DNA of 52,819 bases, taken from NCBI GenBank assembly GCA_046269335.1, contig JBKACM010000001.1:1-52819 (forward strand). Direction: 5' to 3'. The translations under genes and the position numbers were made by a program. The notes under the pieces are model-generated. The model made no database searches and had not been told where the DNA came from. It was given only the letters and a program-made list of their open reading frames with translations. This DNA is from Alphaproteobacteria bacterium (GTDB lineage: Bacteria > Pseudomonadota > Alphaproteobacteria > Rhodospirillales > Rhodospirillaceae). This document shows positions 1 to 13,662 of this stretch, in pieces. The number at the start of each line of letters is the position of its first letter. Position 1 is the first letter of the stretch.

Positions 1-100
1 GTCGAAGCCGAGGTGAAATAACGCCGCGGGGGGCCCCTTTCGTGGCCACCCGCCCTCCCCGCGACCATATCCCGTTCGAGTTACGCATCGGAGTCTGTTC

Positions 101-1681
101 ATGGCACCCAAGGTTCTGGTCAGTGATAAGCTGAGCGCCGCCGCCGTCCAGGTCTTCAAGGATCGCGGGGTCGAGGTTGACGTCAAGACGTCCCTCACCC
201 CCGAGGAACTGAAAGCCTGCATTGGCGAGTACGATGGACTGGCCATCCGCTCGGCGACCAAGGTCACCGCCGATCTCCTGTCCGCCGCCACGAAACTGAA
301 GGTGGTCGGACGCGCGGGTATTGGCGTGGACAACGTCGACGTTCCGGCGGCGACCCTGCGCGGTATCGTGGTGATGAACACGCCGTTCGGCAACGCCATC
401 ACCACCGCCGAACACGCCATCGCCCTGATGATGGCCCTGGCCCGGCAGTTGCCGGTGGCCAACGCCTCCACCCATGCCGGCAAGTGGGAAAAGAACCGCT
501 TCATGGGGGTGGAACTGTTCTGCAAGACCCTGGGCATCATCGGCTGCGGCAACATCGGCGCCAACGTGGCGGAGCGGGCGCTTGGCCTCAAAATGAAGGT
601 GGTCGCCTACGACCCCTTCCTTTCGGAGGAACGGGCGGCTGACCTGGGTGTGGAGAAGGTGGAACTGGACGAGCTGTTCGCCCGCTCCGACTTCATCACC
701 CTGCATACCCCCCTGACCGACTCTACCCGTGGCATCATCGATGCCAAGGCCATCGCCAAGATGAAGAGGGGCGTCTACATCGTCAACTGCGCCCGGGGCG
801 GATTGGTGGTGGAGACGGATCTCAAGGCGGCATTGGACAGCGGACACGTCAAGGGAGCCGCCTTCGATGTCTTCGAAGTGGAACCCGCCAAGACGAACTC
901 GCTGTTCAACATGGAGCAGGTGGTGGCGACCCCCCATCTCGGCGCTTCCACCGTCGAAGCTCAGGAGAACGTGGCCCTGCAGGTTGCCGAGCAGATGTCC
1001 GACTACCTCCTGAGCGGGGCGGTCACCAACGCCCTCAACATGCCGTCGGTGTCGGCCGAGGACGCCCCCCGACTCAATCCCTACATGAGACTGGCCAGGG
1101 AGATTGGCAGCTTCCTCGGTCAGCTTACGGTTCAGGGCTTCAAGGCGGTCCAGATCGATTACGCCGGCGAGGTGGCGCATCTCAATTGCCGCCCCCTGAC
1201 CCAGGTGGTGTTGCAGGGCCTGCTGGCCCCATCCATGGCCAGCGTCAACATGGTCAACGCCCCGGTGATCGCCAGGGAACGGAACATCGGTGTAACCGAG
1301 GCCAGGAACGAACAGTGTAACGACTACAACAACCTGATCCGGCTCACCGTCACCACGGATCGGGACGTTCGCTCCATCGCGGCGACCCTGATGCACAACC
1401 GTCAGCCCCGGATCGTGGCCATCAACGACATCCCCATCGATGCGGTACTGGGGCCGCACGTACTCTATGTCCGCAACGAGGACAAACCCGGGTTCATTGG
1501 TCGCCTGGGAACGGCCCTGGGTGCGGCCGGCATCAATATCGCCACCTTCCATCTTGGACGGGTGGCGGCGGGCGAGGACGCCATCGCCCTGGTACAGGTG
1601 GACCAGCCGCTCCCCACCGAGCTTCTGGAACAGGTTCGCGCCCTTCACAGCGTGGTGCAGGCCGTGGCCTTGCGCTTCTGA
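101..1681 (+). CDS. serA: D-3-phosphoglycerate dehydrogenase, long form with C-terminal regulatory (ASB/ACT) region
   Basis: 526-aa ORF. It has the NAD Rossmann motif GIIGCGNIG, the 2-hydroxyacid dehydrogenase catalytic block (NCARGG ... TPHLGAST) and a ~200-aa C-terminal extension typical of type I SerA. GGAG lies 8 nt upstream of the ATG. Confidence 0.93.
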   Translation: MAPKVLVSDKLSAAAVQVFKDRGVEVDVKTSLTPEELKACIGEYDGLAIRSATKVTADLLSAATKLKVVGRAGIGVDNVDVPAATLRGIVVMNTPFGNAITTAEHAIALMMALARQLPVANASTHAGKWEKNRFMGVELFCKTLGIIGCGNIGANVAERALGLKMKVVAYDPFLSEERAADLGVEKVELDELFARSDFITLHTPLTDSTRGIIDAKAIAKMKRGVYIVNCARGGLVVETDLKAALDSGHVKGAAFDVFEVEPAKTNSLFNMEQVVATPHLGASTVEAQENVALQVAEQMSDYLLSGAVTNALNMPSVSAEDAPRLNPYMRLAREIGSFLGQLTVQGFKAVQIDYAGEVAHLNCRPLTQVVLQGLLAPSMASVNMVNAPVIARERNIGVTEARNEQCNDYNNLIRLTVTTDRDVRSIAATLMHNRQPRIVAINDIPIDAVLGPHVLYVRNEDKPGFIGRLGTALGAAGINIATFHLGRVAAGEDAIALVQVDQPLPTELLEQVRALHSVVQAVALRF

Positions 1682-1706
1682 GCCCGAAATTAGATCGGAG
1701 GGGATC

Positions 1707-2477
1707 ATGATTATTCCAGGCGCGGCCCAGGCCTCCAAGAATGTGATCGCATGGGCCGACCGCCCGGAATGGAAAGGTCTGCGCTCCCGCGTTCTGGATG
1801 AACATTTCTCCGCGGCCCGGCGAGCATTGGGAGGTGAGAGCACCAGGGTCGCCGAAAAACTGGGGGATGACTATTTCACCCTGGCGGTCGTGTGTGCTCT
1901 GGAGGACTTCTTTTCCCGAAGATTCGGGGAAGAGAACGTCAACATCATCGATGACTATTTGAAGCGGCGTGGCTGGCGAGAGGCCGTGCCGGGTCGGCGC
2001 TACCTTTCGGCACTGCGGGACTCGTCCATGAGTCTTTATGAGGTCGTGGAGGTGGACCGTAATGAACACCTGGTATTGCGGGATCTTCTCCGGGGTGGCG
2101 ACGGTATCAAGGTGGAGGATCGGCGCGGGTCCCAGACGGCGGAAGTCGGGGATCGAATGGGGGCCAGGGTCCTGGTCGTCAACAATCACCCGGTTTTGAG
2201 CGCCGGGATTCTTTCCTTTCCCACCGATGTCGCGACGGTGATGGAGGCGACCTTTCAGCGGAGCATCGACGCGGTCCGGGATCATGCCATCGCCAACGCC
2301 AGGGAAGACGAAAAGGTGGGGGAGATCACTTCCGAGCAATGGCGACAGGTGGTGGTCCAACGAAGCGCCGTCGTATTTACCCAGAACTGGCTGGCGTACA
2401 TCATGGCTGTCGCGGCCGGGGTCACCGCCGGGGATCGCTCTCCCGGAGAGAGCACACCGGACAAAACGGAACCGTAG
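1707..2477 (+). CDS. hypothetical protein (256 aa), no family recognised
   Basis: The tracked ORF 1440..2477 overlaps serA out of frame. The internal ATG at 1707 (MIIPGAAQ...) lies 26 nt after the serA stop and is preceded by GGAGGGG, and GC3-rich codon usage is consistent with real coding. Confidence 0.6.
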   Translation: MIIPGAAQASKNVIAWADRPEWKGLRSRVLDEHFSAARRALGGESTRVAEKLGDDYFTLAVVCALEDFFSRRFGEENVNIIDDYLKRRGWREAVPGRRYLSALRDSSMSLYEVVEVDRNEHLVLRDLLRGGDGIKVEDRRGSQTAEVGDRMGARVLVVNNHPVLSAGILSFPTDVATVMEATFQRSIDAVRDHAIANAREDEKVGEITSEQWRQVVVQRSAVVFTQNWLAYIMAVAAGVTAGDRSPGESTPDKTEP

Positions 2478-2489
2478 TTTCAGCCCATG

Positions 2490-2530
2490 ACGAAAAAAGA
2501 TGCCGGATCGGCAGGGGGGCGCGATCCGGC
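2490..2530 (-). terminator. orphan rho-independent terminator oriented for the minus strand
   Basis: A perfect 9-bp GC-rich stem (GCCGGATCG 2502-2510 / CGATCCGGC 2522-2530) closes an 11-nt loop. On the minus strand it is followed directly by AUCUUUUUUCG (plus-strand A-run 2493-2498). There is no U-tract in the plus orientation. Confidence 0.55.
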
Positions 2531-2788
2531 ACAAGGTAGACAGAGGGAGCTCACGTCCACAGAAATGGACGGGGCCTTTGCGCCCGGTCGCACCAGGTCC
2601 TCCAAAGACCAGGCGAACCGAACGCAGGGAGCATTCAAGCACTGCGGCCCACCTGTTTCCGTGACAATTCGCAAGTTTCATAAAATATTTCCCGCTCGCC
2701 GTCGGGAATCTTCCGATGATCACTTGCGAATGGGTTCGAGGCATGAAATGGTCCGGCGGTTGGTTTCCCGGACGGAAGGTGAACCAGG

Positions 2789-3226
2789 ATGGCTCTGATA
2801 CCCGGTGCCCAGCTTCCCGGGGGTTCGCCCCCTACCGACGAGAGCGGCTACAAAACCCCCGGTATTTCCGTTGCCGAGTTGAACGCGATGGAGAAACGCT
2901 GCCTGGCGGCAACGGAGGGGCCGTGGCATGTCCTGGCGGATGACGGGATCGAGTCCGCCTGGGTTCAGACCAGCGCTTCCGAACAATCGGCCCCCATCTG
3001 TCTGTTCGATTATCGGCCACCGGAGGCCAGCGTCGCCGATGCGACCTTCACGGCCCACGCCCGCGCCGATGTCCCGAGACTGGTCGCGGAGGTGCGCGCC
3101 CTTTCATCTCGGGTGAAGGATCTTCTTGCGGCCAACAATGCCGAGGTGGAGCGCAGATCCGCCCTTCAGAAGGAGCGGGATGAACTGGCGATGCGGCTGC
3201 AACGGTTTGAACGACCCGAACGCTGA
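2789..3226 (+). CDS. hypothetical protein, resembles ead/Ea22-like phage-associated proteins
   Basis: 145-aa ORF with AAGGTGA 6 nt upstream of the ATG. The pattern ATEGPW ... ADATFTAHARADVPRLVAEVRAL followed by a coiled-coil tail matches my recollection of the ATPGPW ... NAEFIAAANP ... LLDE signature of Ea22-like proteins. Confidence 0.55.
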   Translation: MALIPGAQLPGGSPPTDESGYKTPGISVAELNAMEKRCLAATEGPWHVLADDGIESAWVQTSASEQSAPICLFDYRPPEASVADATFTAHARADVPRLVAEVRALSSRVKDLLAANNAEVERRSALQKERDELAMRLQRFERPER

Positions 3227-3244
3227 ACAGGAGCTTGTCGGCGA

Positions 3245-5104
3245 ATGCCATTGCGTCGGATCATTTTCGGAAGCCCGCTGTCCACGGCATCGCTGGAAAG
3301 CGAGCGGCTGGGCAAGTTGCGGGCCCTGGCCGTCTTCTCCTCCGACGCCCTGTCCTCGGTAGCCTACGCGACCGAGGAGATTCTTCTGGTGCTGGTCTTG
3401 GCCGGATCGGCGGCCATGAGCCTGTCCCTGCCGATTGCCGGCGTGATCTCCGCCCTGATCATCGTTCTGACCATTTCCTACTGGCAGACCATCCACGCCT
3501 ACCCGTCCGGGGGAGGGGCTTTCGTGGTGGCACAGGACAATCTGGGGGAGACATCGGGACTGGTGGCGGCGGCGGCGCTGCTCATAGACTACGTGCTGAC
3601 GGTTGCCGTGAGTATATCGGCCGGCGTGCGCGCGATTACCTCCGTCGTTCCTTCCCTGATGCCATACAACATCACCTTGTGTCTCATCGGAGTGGTGGGA
3701 CTGACCTGGGCCAATCTGCGGGGTGTCAGGGAATCCGCCGGTCTTCTGGCGATTCCCACCTATGCCTTTATCGCGTCGATCCTTCTCATGATCGGCGTCG
3801 GTTTCTACGGCCTCGTTTCAGGATCCCTTTCCGTGTCGAGCCCGGCGACGGTGATGCCCGGAAACGGGGTCGATTTCAACGTTCTGGGTGCCCTTCTGGT
3901 TCTGCGGGCCTTTTCCTCGGGCTGTTCCGCCCTGACCGGGATCGAGGCGGTGTCGAACGGAGTTCCGGCCTTCATGTCCCCCAGCAGCCGAAATGCCAGC
4001 ATCACCCTGGTCATCATGTCGGCCCTGCTCGGGATCATGTTCGTCGGGATCACCATCCTGGCCAAGACGATGGATATCGTGCCACACGAGGAAGAGAGCG
4101 TGATTTCGCAGGTCGCCCACGGCGTTTTTGGCAATGGACTGATGTATTATGTCGTCCAGGCGACCTCGGCACTCATTCTGCTGTTGGCGGCCAATACCTC
4201 GTTCGCGGGCTTTCCCCGTCTGGCCTCGGTGTTGGCCGAAAATGGCTATCTTCCCCGCCAGTTGGCCAATCTCGGGGACCGCCTCGCCTTTTCCAACGGA
4301 ATCGTCGCCCTGGCCATTCTCGCCGCACTCATCATCGTCCTGTTTCGTGGAGACACTCACGCCCTGGTTCCGCTTTATTCCGTCGGCGTGTTCCTGTCCT
4401 TCACTCTGTCGCAGGCCGGCATGGTACGACGCTGGAATCGCATCCAGGGACCAGGATGGGAGGCCAAGGCCTTCATCAACGGTCTAGGGGCCGTGGTTAC
4501 GGCAATAGCCCTGGTGGTTATCGTCGAAAGTAAATTCTTTGACGGTGCCTGGATCGTGCTGGTGCTGATCCCCATCGGCCTGTACATGTTCCGGGCGATC
4601 CGGCGTCACTACGACACGCTGCGCAACGAGCTTTCCTTGCGGGTCGGTGGAATTGGACAATGGCAACGCCGGCTGGCCAAGGCCGAGCCCAAGGTCGTGG
4701 TACCGTTGTCACGGCTGCATCGCGGCACGTTGGCGGCACTGCATTTCGCCCGTACTCTCTCCGCGGACGTGACGCCGGTTGTCATCAACCTGGATCCACG
4801 CTCAACGGCGGGACTGCAATTGGCGTGGAAGGCTCTGGGCATCCCGGAGCCCCTGGTCGTTCTGGAGTCCCCCTATCGTTCCATCATCTCGCCTCTCATG
4901 GAATATATCGTGAAGGTGGATCAACGCGATCCGGAACGTGGGGCGGCGGTGATCGTGCTGCCGGTGTTCATCCCCAAGAAATGGTGGCACCACGTTCTGC
5001 ATAATCAGTCGGCGCTGATGTTGAAGGCCGCCCTGATGTTCGACGACGTACCGGAAGGTAAGACCAGGATCGTCGTCGAGGTGCCTATTCATCTTCCCAA
5101 TTGA
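3245..5104 (+). CDS. APC-superfamily permease, KimA-like K+/H+ symporter homolog
   Basis: 619 aa. The similarity to Bacillus KimA that I can align from memory is strong (KLRALAVFSSDALSSVAYATEEIL, YPSGGGAFVV, IDYVLTVAVSISAG, AFSSGCSALTGIEAVSNGVPAF, NTSFAGFP, LYSVGVF) and includes the cytosolic C-terminal domain (ESPYRSIISP, KKWWHHVLHNQSA). Confidence 0.85.
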   Translation: MPLRRIIFGSPLSTASLESERLGKLRALAVFSSDALSSVAYATEEILLVLVLAGSAAMSLSLPIAGVISALIIVLTISYWQTIHAYPSGGGAFVVAQDNLGETSGLVAAAALLIDYVLTVAVSISAGVRAITSVVPSLMPYNITLCLIGVVGLTWANLRGVRESAGLLAIPTYAFIASILLMIGVGFYGLVSGSLSVSSPATVMPGNGVDFNVLGALLVLRAFSSGCSALTGIEAVSNGVPAFMSPSSRNASITLVIMSALLGIMFVGITILAKTMDIVPHEEESVISQVAHGVFGNGLMYYVVQATSALILLLAANTSFAGFPRLASVLAENGYLPRQLANLGDRLAFSNGIVALAILAALIIVLFRGDTHALVPLYSVGVFLSFTLSQAGMVRRWNRIQGPGWEAKAFINGLGAVVTAIALVVIVESKFFDGAWIVLVLIPIGLYMFRAIRRHYDTLRNELSLRVGGIGQWQRRLAKAEPKVVVPLSRLHRGTLAALHFARTLSADVTPVVINLDPRSTAGLQLAWKALGIPEPLVVLESPYRSIISPLMEYIVKVDQRDPERGAAVIVLPVFIPKKWWHHVLHNQSALMLKAALMFDDVPEGKTRIVVEVPIHLPN

Positions 5105-5181
5105 TTTGCTCGTCCCACAAGCGCCATTCTACCGCAACCGGCGGGCAGAACCGTGGCACCTACAGGAAGGGGCAGACCCTG

Positions 5182-6498
5182 ATGTCGTCATCAATTCATC
5201 TTCGCACCCCCCTTCTTGCCTGGGTGTACGCCGGACTTTTCTGTGGCACCCTCCTCCCCGTCCCGGCAAAGTCCGAACCTGCTTCCTATCACTGGGTGCA
5301 AATGGTCCCCGGAGGCGGGGCCGAGGCCAGACTCGTCACCGCAGCCCCCTCCTGCCCTCCTGCCTCGGTAAACGGCCATGTGGTAGCGATGACGGTTCGC
5401 GCCGAACCCTCGCCGCCGGATTACCCGGTAAGGCTCTGCGTGCTGGCGTTGCCCCCCGGCACCACCGAGGCGACCCTTGTCGACAGGCCCCTGCCCCTGC
5501 CCCCGGTGTCTCCGGAAAGGATTCTGGTGGTGGGAGACACGGGGTGCCGGATTCACAAGCGTCAGGTTCAGGCCTGCAACGATCCCGCGGCCTGGCCCTG
5601 GGCCAGGATCGCCGCAACGGCGGCGGCTCTTCGCCCGGATCTTGTGCTTCATGTGGGCGATTACTACTATCGGGAGGATCCCTGCCCGGAGGGAAACAAG
5701 GGATGCGCTGGTAGCCCCTACGGGGACAACTGGGCGACCTGGGAGGCCGAGTATTTCGCCCCGGCCCGTCCTTTGCTGGAGACGGCTCCGATGGTCCTGG
5801 TCCGCGGCAATCACGAGGATTGCAAGCGGGGGGGTGCGGGCTGGACCCGGCTGCTGGACCCCTATCCGTACTCCAAGGATCAACCCTGCCGCGCCGCGTC
5901 GGAGCCTTTCGGGGTCTCCTTCGATAACCTTTCGCTGGCCGTAATGGATGTCGCCGACGCCGGCGAACTGGTCACCATGTCCAGAGACGTTCAGCGCTAT
6001 GCCGCCGACTTCCGAACCGTCGCCGAACTCGCCAGGGCAACGGACCTCCCCACCTGGATTCTGATGCACCGCCCCATCCGGGGTATCGCCTGGATGAAGA
6101 CCGCCGCCGGTCTTTCCCTCTCCATCGGGGGCAACAACACTCTGGAAAAGGCCTCGGCCCAGGGCGGATTACCCCCGCAGGTAAAGGCGATCCTTTCCGG
6201 TCACATCCATGCCTTCGAGGCGCTCAATTTCTCCGGTGACCCGGTCCAGCTGGTCGTGGGACACGGGGGGGACGCCCTTGATGAAGGACTGCCGGTAAAA
6301 CTGGATGGGGAAGTCGTCAACGACCGGAAGGTGGACTCCGGTGTCTCGGTGGATGATTTCGGCTTTCTACTCCTGACCAGGAACGGCAACGACTGGCACG
6401 GCCGGGTGCTGGGTCCGTCCGGCACGCCCCGTCTGACCTGTGACCTGCGTGAACGCTCGATCGCCTGCCATCCGCCAGCCGGAGAGATCCGTCCATGA
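5182..6498 (+). CDS. secreted calcineurin-like metallophosphoesterase
   Basis: The start is moved to the ATG at 5182 (AGGAAGGGG upstream), giving the signal-like N-terminus MSSSIHLRTPLLAWVYAGLFCGTLLPVPAKS. Metallophosphoesterase motifs are present: GDTGC, HVGDYYY, VRGNHE, GHIHAFE. Confidence 0.8.
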   Translation: MSSSIHLRTPLLAWVYAGLFCGTLLPVPAKSEPASYHWVQMVPGGGAEARLVTAAPSCPPASVNGHVVAMTVRAEPSPPDYPVRLCVLALPPGTTEATLVDRPLPLPPVSPERILVVGDTGCRIHKRQVQACNDPAAWPWARIAATAAALRPDLVLHVGDYYYREDPCPEGNKGCAGSPYGDNWATWEAEYFAPARPLLETAPMVLVRGNHEDCKRGGAGWTRLLDPYPYSKDQPCRAASEPFGVSFDNLSLAVMDVADAGELVTMSRDVQRYAADFRTVAELARATDLPTWILMHRPIRGIAWMKTAAGLSLSIGGNNTLEKASAQGGLPPQVKAILSGHIHAFEALNFSGDPVQLVVGHGGDALDEGLPVKLDGEVVNDRKVDSGVSVDDFGFLLLTRNGNDWHGRVLGPSGTPRLTCDLRERSIACHPPAGEIRP

Positions 6499-6974
6499 GT
6501 ACCTTGACGATTTCCATCTTTACGGTGGGTCTTGCCCTGTTGGTCATCTTCGGCATCGTCATGATCAACCATGTCTCAGCCCTGGTGAAGAACGCCTATC
6601 AGATCAAGGTCGAAATTCGCAGCGAGATGGAAGACGGACTGAGCGCGATCGCCCACGAGATGGAGCAGAAGGCGCGCGCGATACGCCAGGACATGCAATC
6701 CGAGGCGACCCGGATCAAGACCATGCTGGAGGCCGACAACCAGAAACAGTTCGCGGAGATGGACACCGCCCTGAAGACGAAGCTGTCGGCTCTGGAGGAG
6801 GTGATACGCCAGGACCGCGTCAAGTTCGTCAAGGCGATCGACGAGATGCAGCAGATGCTCCGGGATCACGAGCAATCCCTCCGCACCTGGAAACGGGACC
6901 AGAAAGCTGCCACCAGAACCCCGGAAGAGAGCGACAAGGACAGCCCGGCCGCAGCGGGGGCCGCCGGCGGCTGA
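6495..6974 (+). CDS. membrane-anchored coiled-coil protein, hypothetical
   Basis: 159 aa. Its ATG overlaps the stop of the upstream gene (ATGA at 6495-6498). It has one N-terminal TM helix (ISIFTVGLALLVIFGIVMI), then a long charged heptad-like region and an acidic/Ala-Gly tail. Confidence 0.65.
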   Translation: MSTLTISIFTVGLALLVIFGIVMINHVSALVKNAYQIKVEIRSEMEDGLSAIAHEMEQKARAIRQDMQSEATRIKTMLEADNQKQFAEMDTALKTKLSALEEVIRQDRVKFVKAIDEMQQMLRDHEQSLRTWKRDQKAATRTPEESDKDSPAAAGAAGG

Positions 6975-6999
6975 CACCGACGGACCCCGCACGCCGTCG

Positions 7000-8400
7000 T
7001 CAGGATGGTGGCGTCTCGCGGTGGATCAGCTTGTCCAGGTAGAAGATGACCGGTATCGACGCAGCCCCGGCGTAGGCCACGTTCTCAAGGGCGGCGCTGA
7101 TATCCCCACTCTGATAACGCCTCGCCGCCTCGATCCCGAAATTGTGGACATCCCGATGCGGTCCTTCCAGTGCCTTGTAGGCCGGGTGCTGCCGGATTTC
7201 CGGATCCTCGACGGAGCCATACCACTTCCCAAGACGGCAGTTGTGATGGTCAGCCAGCTCCTTGGGATCAAGTCGAAGGCGTCCCGCCAGCATCTGGGCA
7301 AGCCGCCGGCGCCATATCATGTGGTCGGACTTGGCCACGTGGACGGTCTTGTCCTTTATTTCCATCTGCATCAGTATCGGGATCGCTGCGTTTACCGTCA
7401 CCTCCGATTGGGCCAGACCGTCCATCACGGCTCCGACCATGGCGAGTTGATCCGAAACGTCGGTAGCCAGCCCGCCCACTCCATCGGAAAGTTCCCCGGT
7501 GGCACCAGTCTGCTGCACCAGGATTGCGGAAATGTCGCCAATCTTCACGCCGGCATGGGATATCTTGTCGGAAACCACGGCAATGTTGTCCCCCGTGGTT
7601 TGCACCACTTCCTGTCCATGGCGGACCATTTCGGCGCTCTGAGCCATGGAGGTGACAATGGCCGCCATCTCCGACCGTAGCTTCTCGATGCGGGAGCGGA
7701 TGTCCACCGTGGCGCGGGCGGTCTGATTGGCCAGAGTCTTGACCTCCCCCGCCACCACCGCGAAACCCTTGCCGGCGTCACCCGCACGCGCGGCCTCGAT
7801 GGTGGCATTCAGGGCCAGCAGGTTGGTCTGCTTGGCGATAGCCTCGATCTGATTGACAATATCCCCAATCTGGGCCGAGGCCTCGGCCAGGGTGTCCACC
7901 TGCCTGCCGGCATCCCTTACGGCTCTGGCAATATTTTCCATGGTGCTGACCGCCTGCTCCACCGAATGGCGTCCAGCGGACACGGAGCGCTGCGCCTCGA
8001 CGGCATCCTCCGAGGCCTCGTGGGCGCGTTCACTGACCTCACGGACGGAAACCACCATCTCTTCCGCCGCCTTGGCCACCGACTGGCTGTGCTTTTTCAT
8101 GTCGGTAATGGCACGCAACATGCTGCCGACATTGGTAACGGCGTTGTTGGTGTCCACCGAGACGGACACCAGGTCCTTGAGATGGGAAAGCCCCCGTTGC
8201 TCCATCACCTTCGCGAGTACCGCAATTCTCTGAAGAACCGGATCGGCACCAGCCTGAACGGAGTGATAACGGCCATCGATCAGGTGATCCAAAGCCGCCA
8301 GTATCTCGCCCTCCGTCGCCCCCGGGGATCCGGACCCGGCTTCCCCCTCGCTTGCACTCAATGGATGTGAGTGGTCCCTTGCCTTGAAGCTAATCATCAC
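7000..8400 (-). CDS. soluble methyl-accepting chemotaxis protein with C-terminal CZB (chemoreceptor zinc-binding) domain
   Basis: 466 aa with no TM segment. It carries the MCP signalling hairpin ([37 protein letters not shown]) and a C-terminal CZB signature ([10 protein letters not shown] ... [10 protein letters not shown] ... HRDVHNFG). Confidence 0.9.
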   Translation of the reverse strand: MMISFKARDHSHPLSASEGEAGSGSPGATEGEILAALDHLIDGRYHSVQAGADPVLQRIAVLAKVMEQRGLSHLKDLVSVSVDTNNAVTNVGSMLRAITDMKKHSQSVAKAAEEMVVSVREVSERAHEASEDAVEAQRSVSAGRHSVEQAVSTMENIARAVRDAGRQVDTLAEASAQIGDIVNQIEAIAKQTNLLALNATIEAARAGDAGKGFAVVAGEVKTLANQTARATVDIRSRIEKLRSEMAAIVTSMAQSAEMVRHGQEVVQTTGDNIAVVSDKISHAGVKIGDISAILVQQTGATGELSDGVGGLATDVSDQLAMVGAVMDGLAQSEVTVNAAIPILMQMEIKDKTVHVAKSDHMIWRRRLAQMLAGRLRLDPKELADHHNCRLGKWYGSVEDPEIRQHPAYKALEGPHRDVHNFGIEAARRYQSGDISAALENVAYAGAASIPVIFYLDKLIHRETPPS

Positions 8401-8982
8401 TCCCTCCGTTTCGGCTCATCATTCGTCAATCTGCGAACCGTTTGTTTGAGTATGACTATCGATATTACGAAATAACAACTTTTGCACTACACACCCCCCA
8501 CGCTTCCACACCGCACTTCTATGTTCGCAATCCATCGGAGGAGCGTATACCCATTTGAAGATTGTGTCTATTGGTGTGAGGGACTGGAAAAATTGCCGTT
8601 GAGTGCTCATTTCGTCTATTGGATTCATTTAAAACTATGGAGACGGTCGCGGAAGTTTCTCCCGTTGCCCCTCCTGGTTACACATTAGAGAATCATGAAG
8701 AAAGTGCTTGGCCTACCCTGCCCCACTTGTGATAAACGTTACCGGCTTGGTCGCCATGCGTGCTGCGGCGCGGTTGGTCGTGGGTGCGGGGGACCGGGGA
8801 CAAGGCGCAGGAGAACGGAAACGGGTTGCGAGATGGGTGGTACGTCTCGGTGTATGTGTTCCGTGACCCCAAAAGCCTGGTCGGTCACCTGTGTGAGCCG
8901 GTGACGCCAGTCCATCCCTGGCAACGGCTCCTGGCTTTCTGTAACAACCACGGAAATAGCTATCGAAAGGACACGGCTTCGC

Positions 8983-13656
<4,674 letters not shown>

Positions 13657-13662
13657 CAGGCC

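Noticed and set aside
1-21. Possible 3' end of an upstream plus-strand CDS (GTC GAA GCC GAG GTG AAA TAA, perhaps serC by synteny), followed by a GC hairpin at 25-54.
   Set aside because: Only six codons are visible, so identity cannot be supported from the sequence. The hairpin lacks a U-tract.
1440-1706. N-terminal extensions of tracked ORFs. Examples: 1440-1706, 5101-5181, 19182-19346, 20062-20127, 24974-25264, 26239-26304, 27188-27409, 27585-27632, 38194-38334, 50338-50403.
   Set aside because: The extensions overlap the neighbouring gene or lack similarity to the family N-terminus. Internal starts with RBS-like sequences give proteins of canonical length.
2480-2674. 64-aa minus-strand ORF in the 2478-2788 spacer as a possible small protein gene served by the orphan terminator.
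   Set aside because: It starts at TTG without an RBS, and its reading frame runs through the terminator hairpin and U-tract, which is inconsistent with a terminator placed after a stop codon.
8695-8904. 69-aa Cys-rich ORF (CPTCDKRYRLGRHACCG...) upstream of gltB that could be taken for a zinc-ribbon peptide.
   Set aside because: It has no RBS, a Arg/Gly/Cys-rich composition typical of chance frames, and overlaps the likely gltB promoter and leader. There is no supporting motif beyond one CxxC.
8929-8946. Sigma-54-like element TGGCAACGGCTCCTGGCT upstream of gltB.
   Set aside because: The GG-to-GC spacing is 12 nt rather than the required 10, and the -12 region lacks TTGC.
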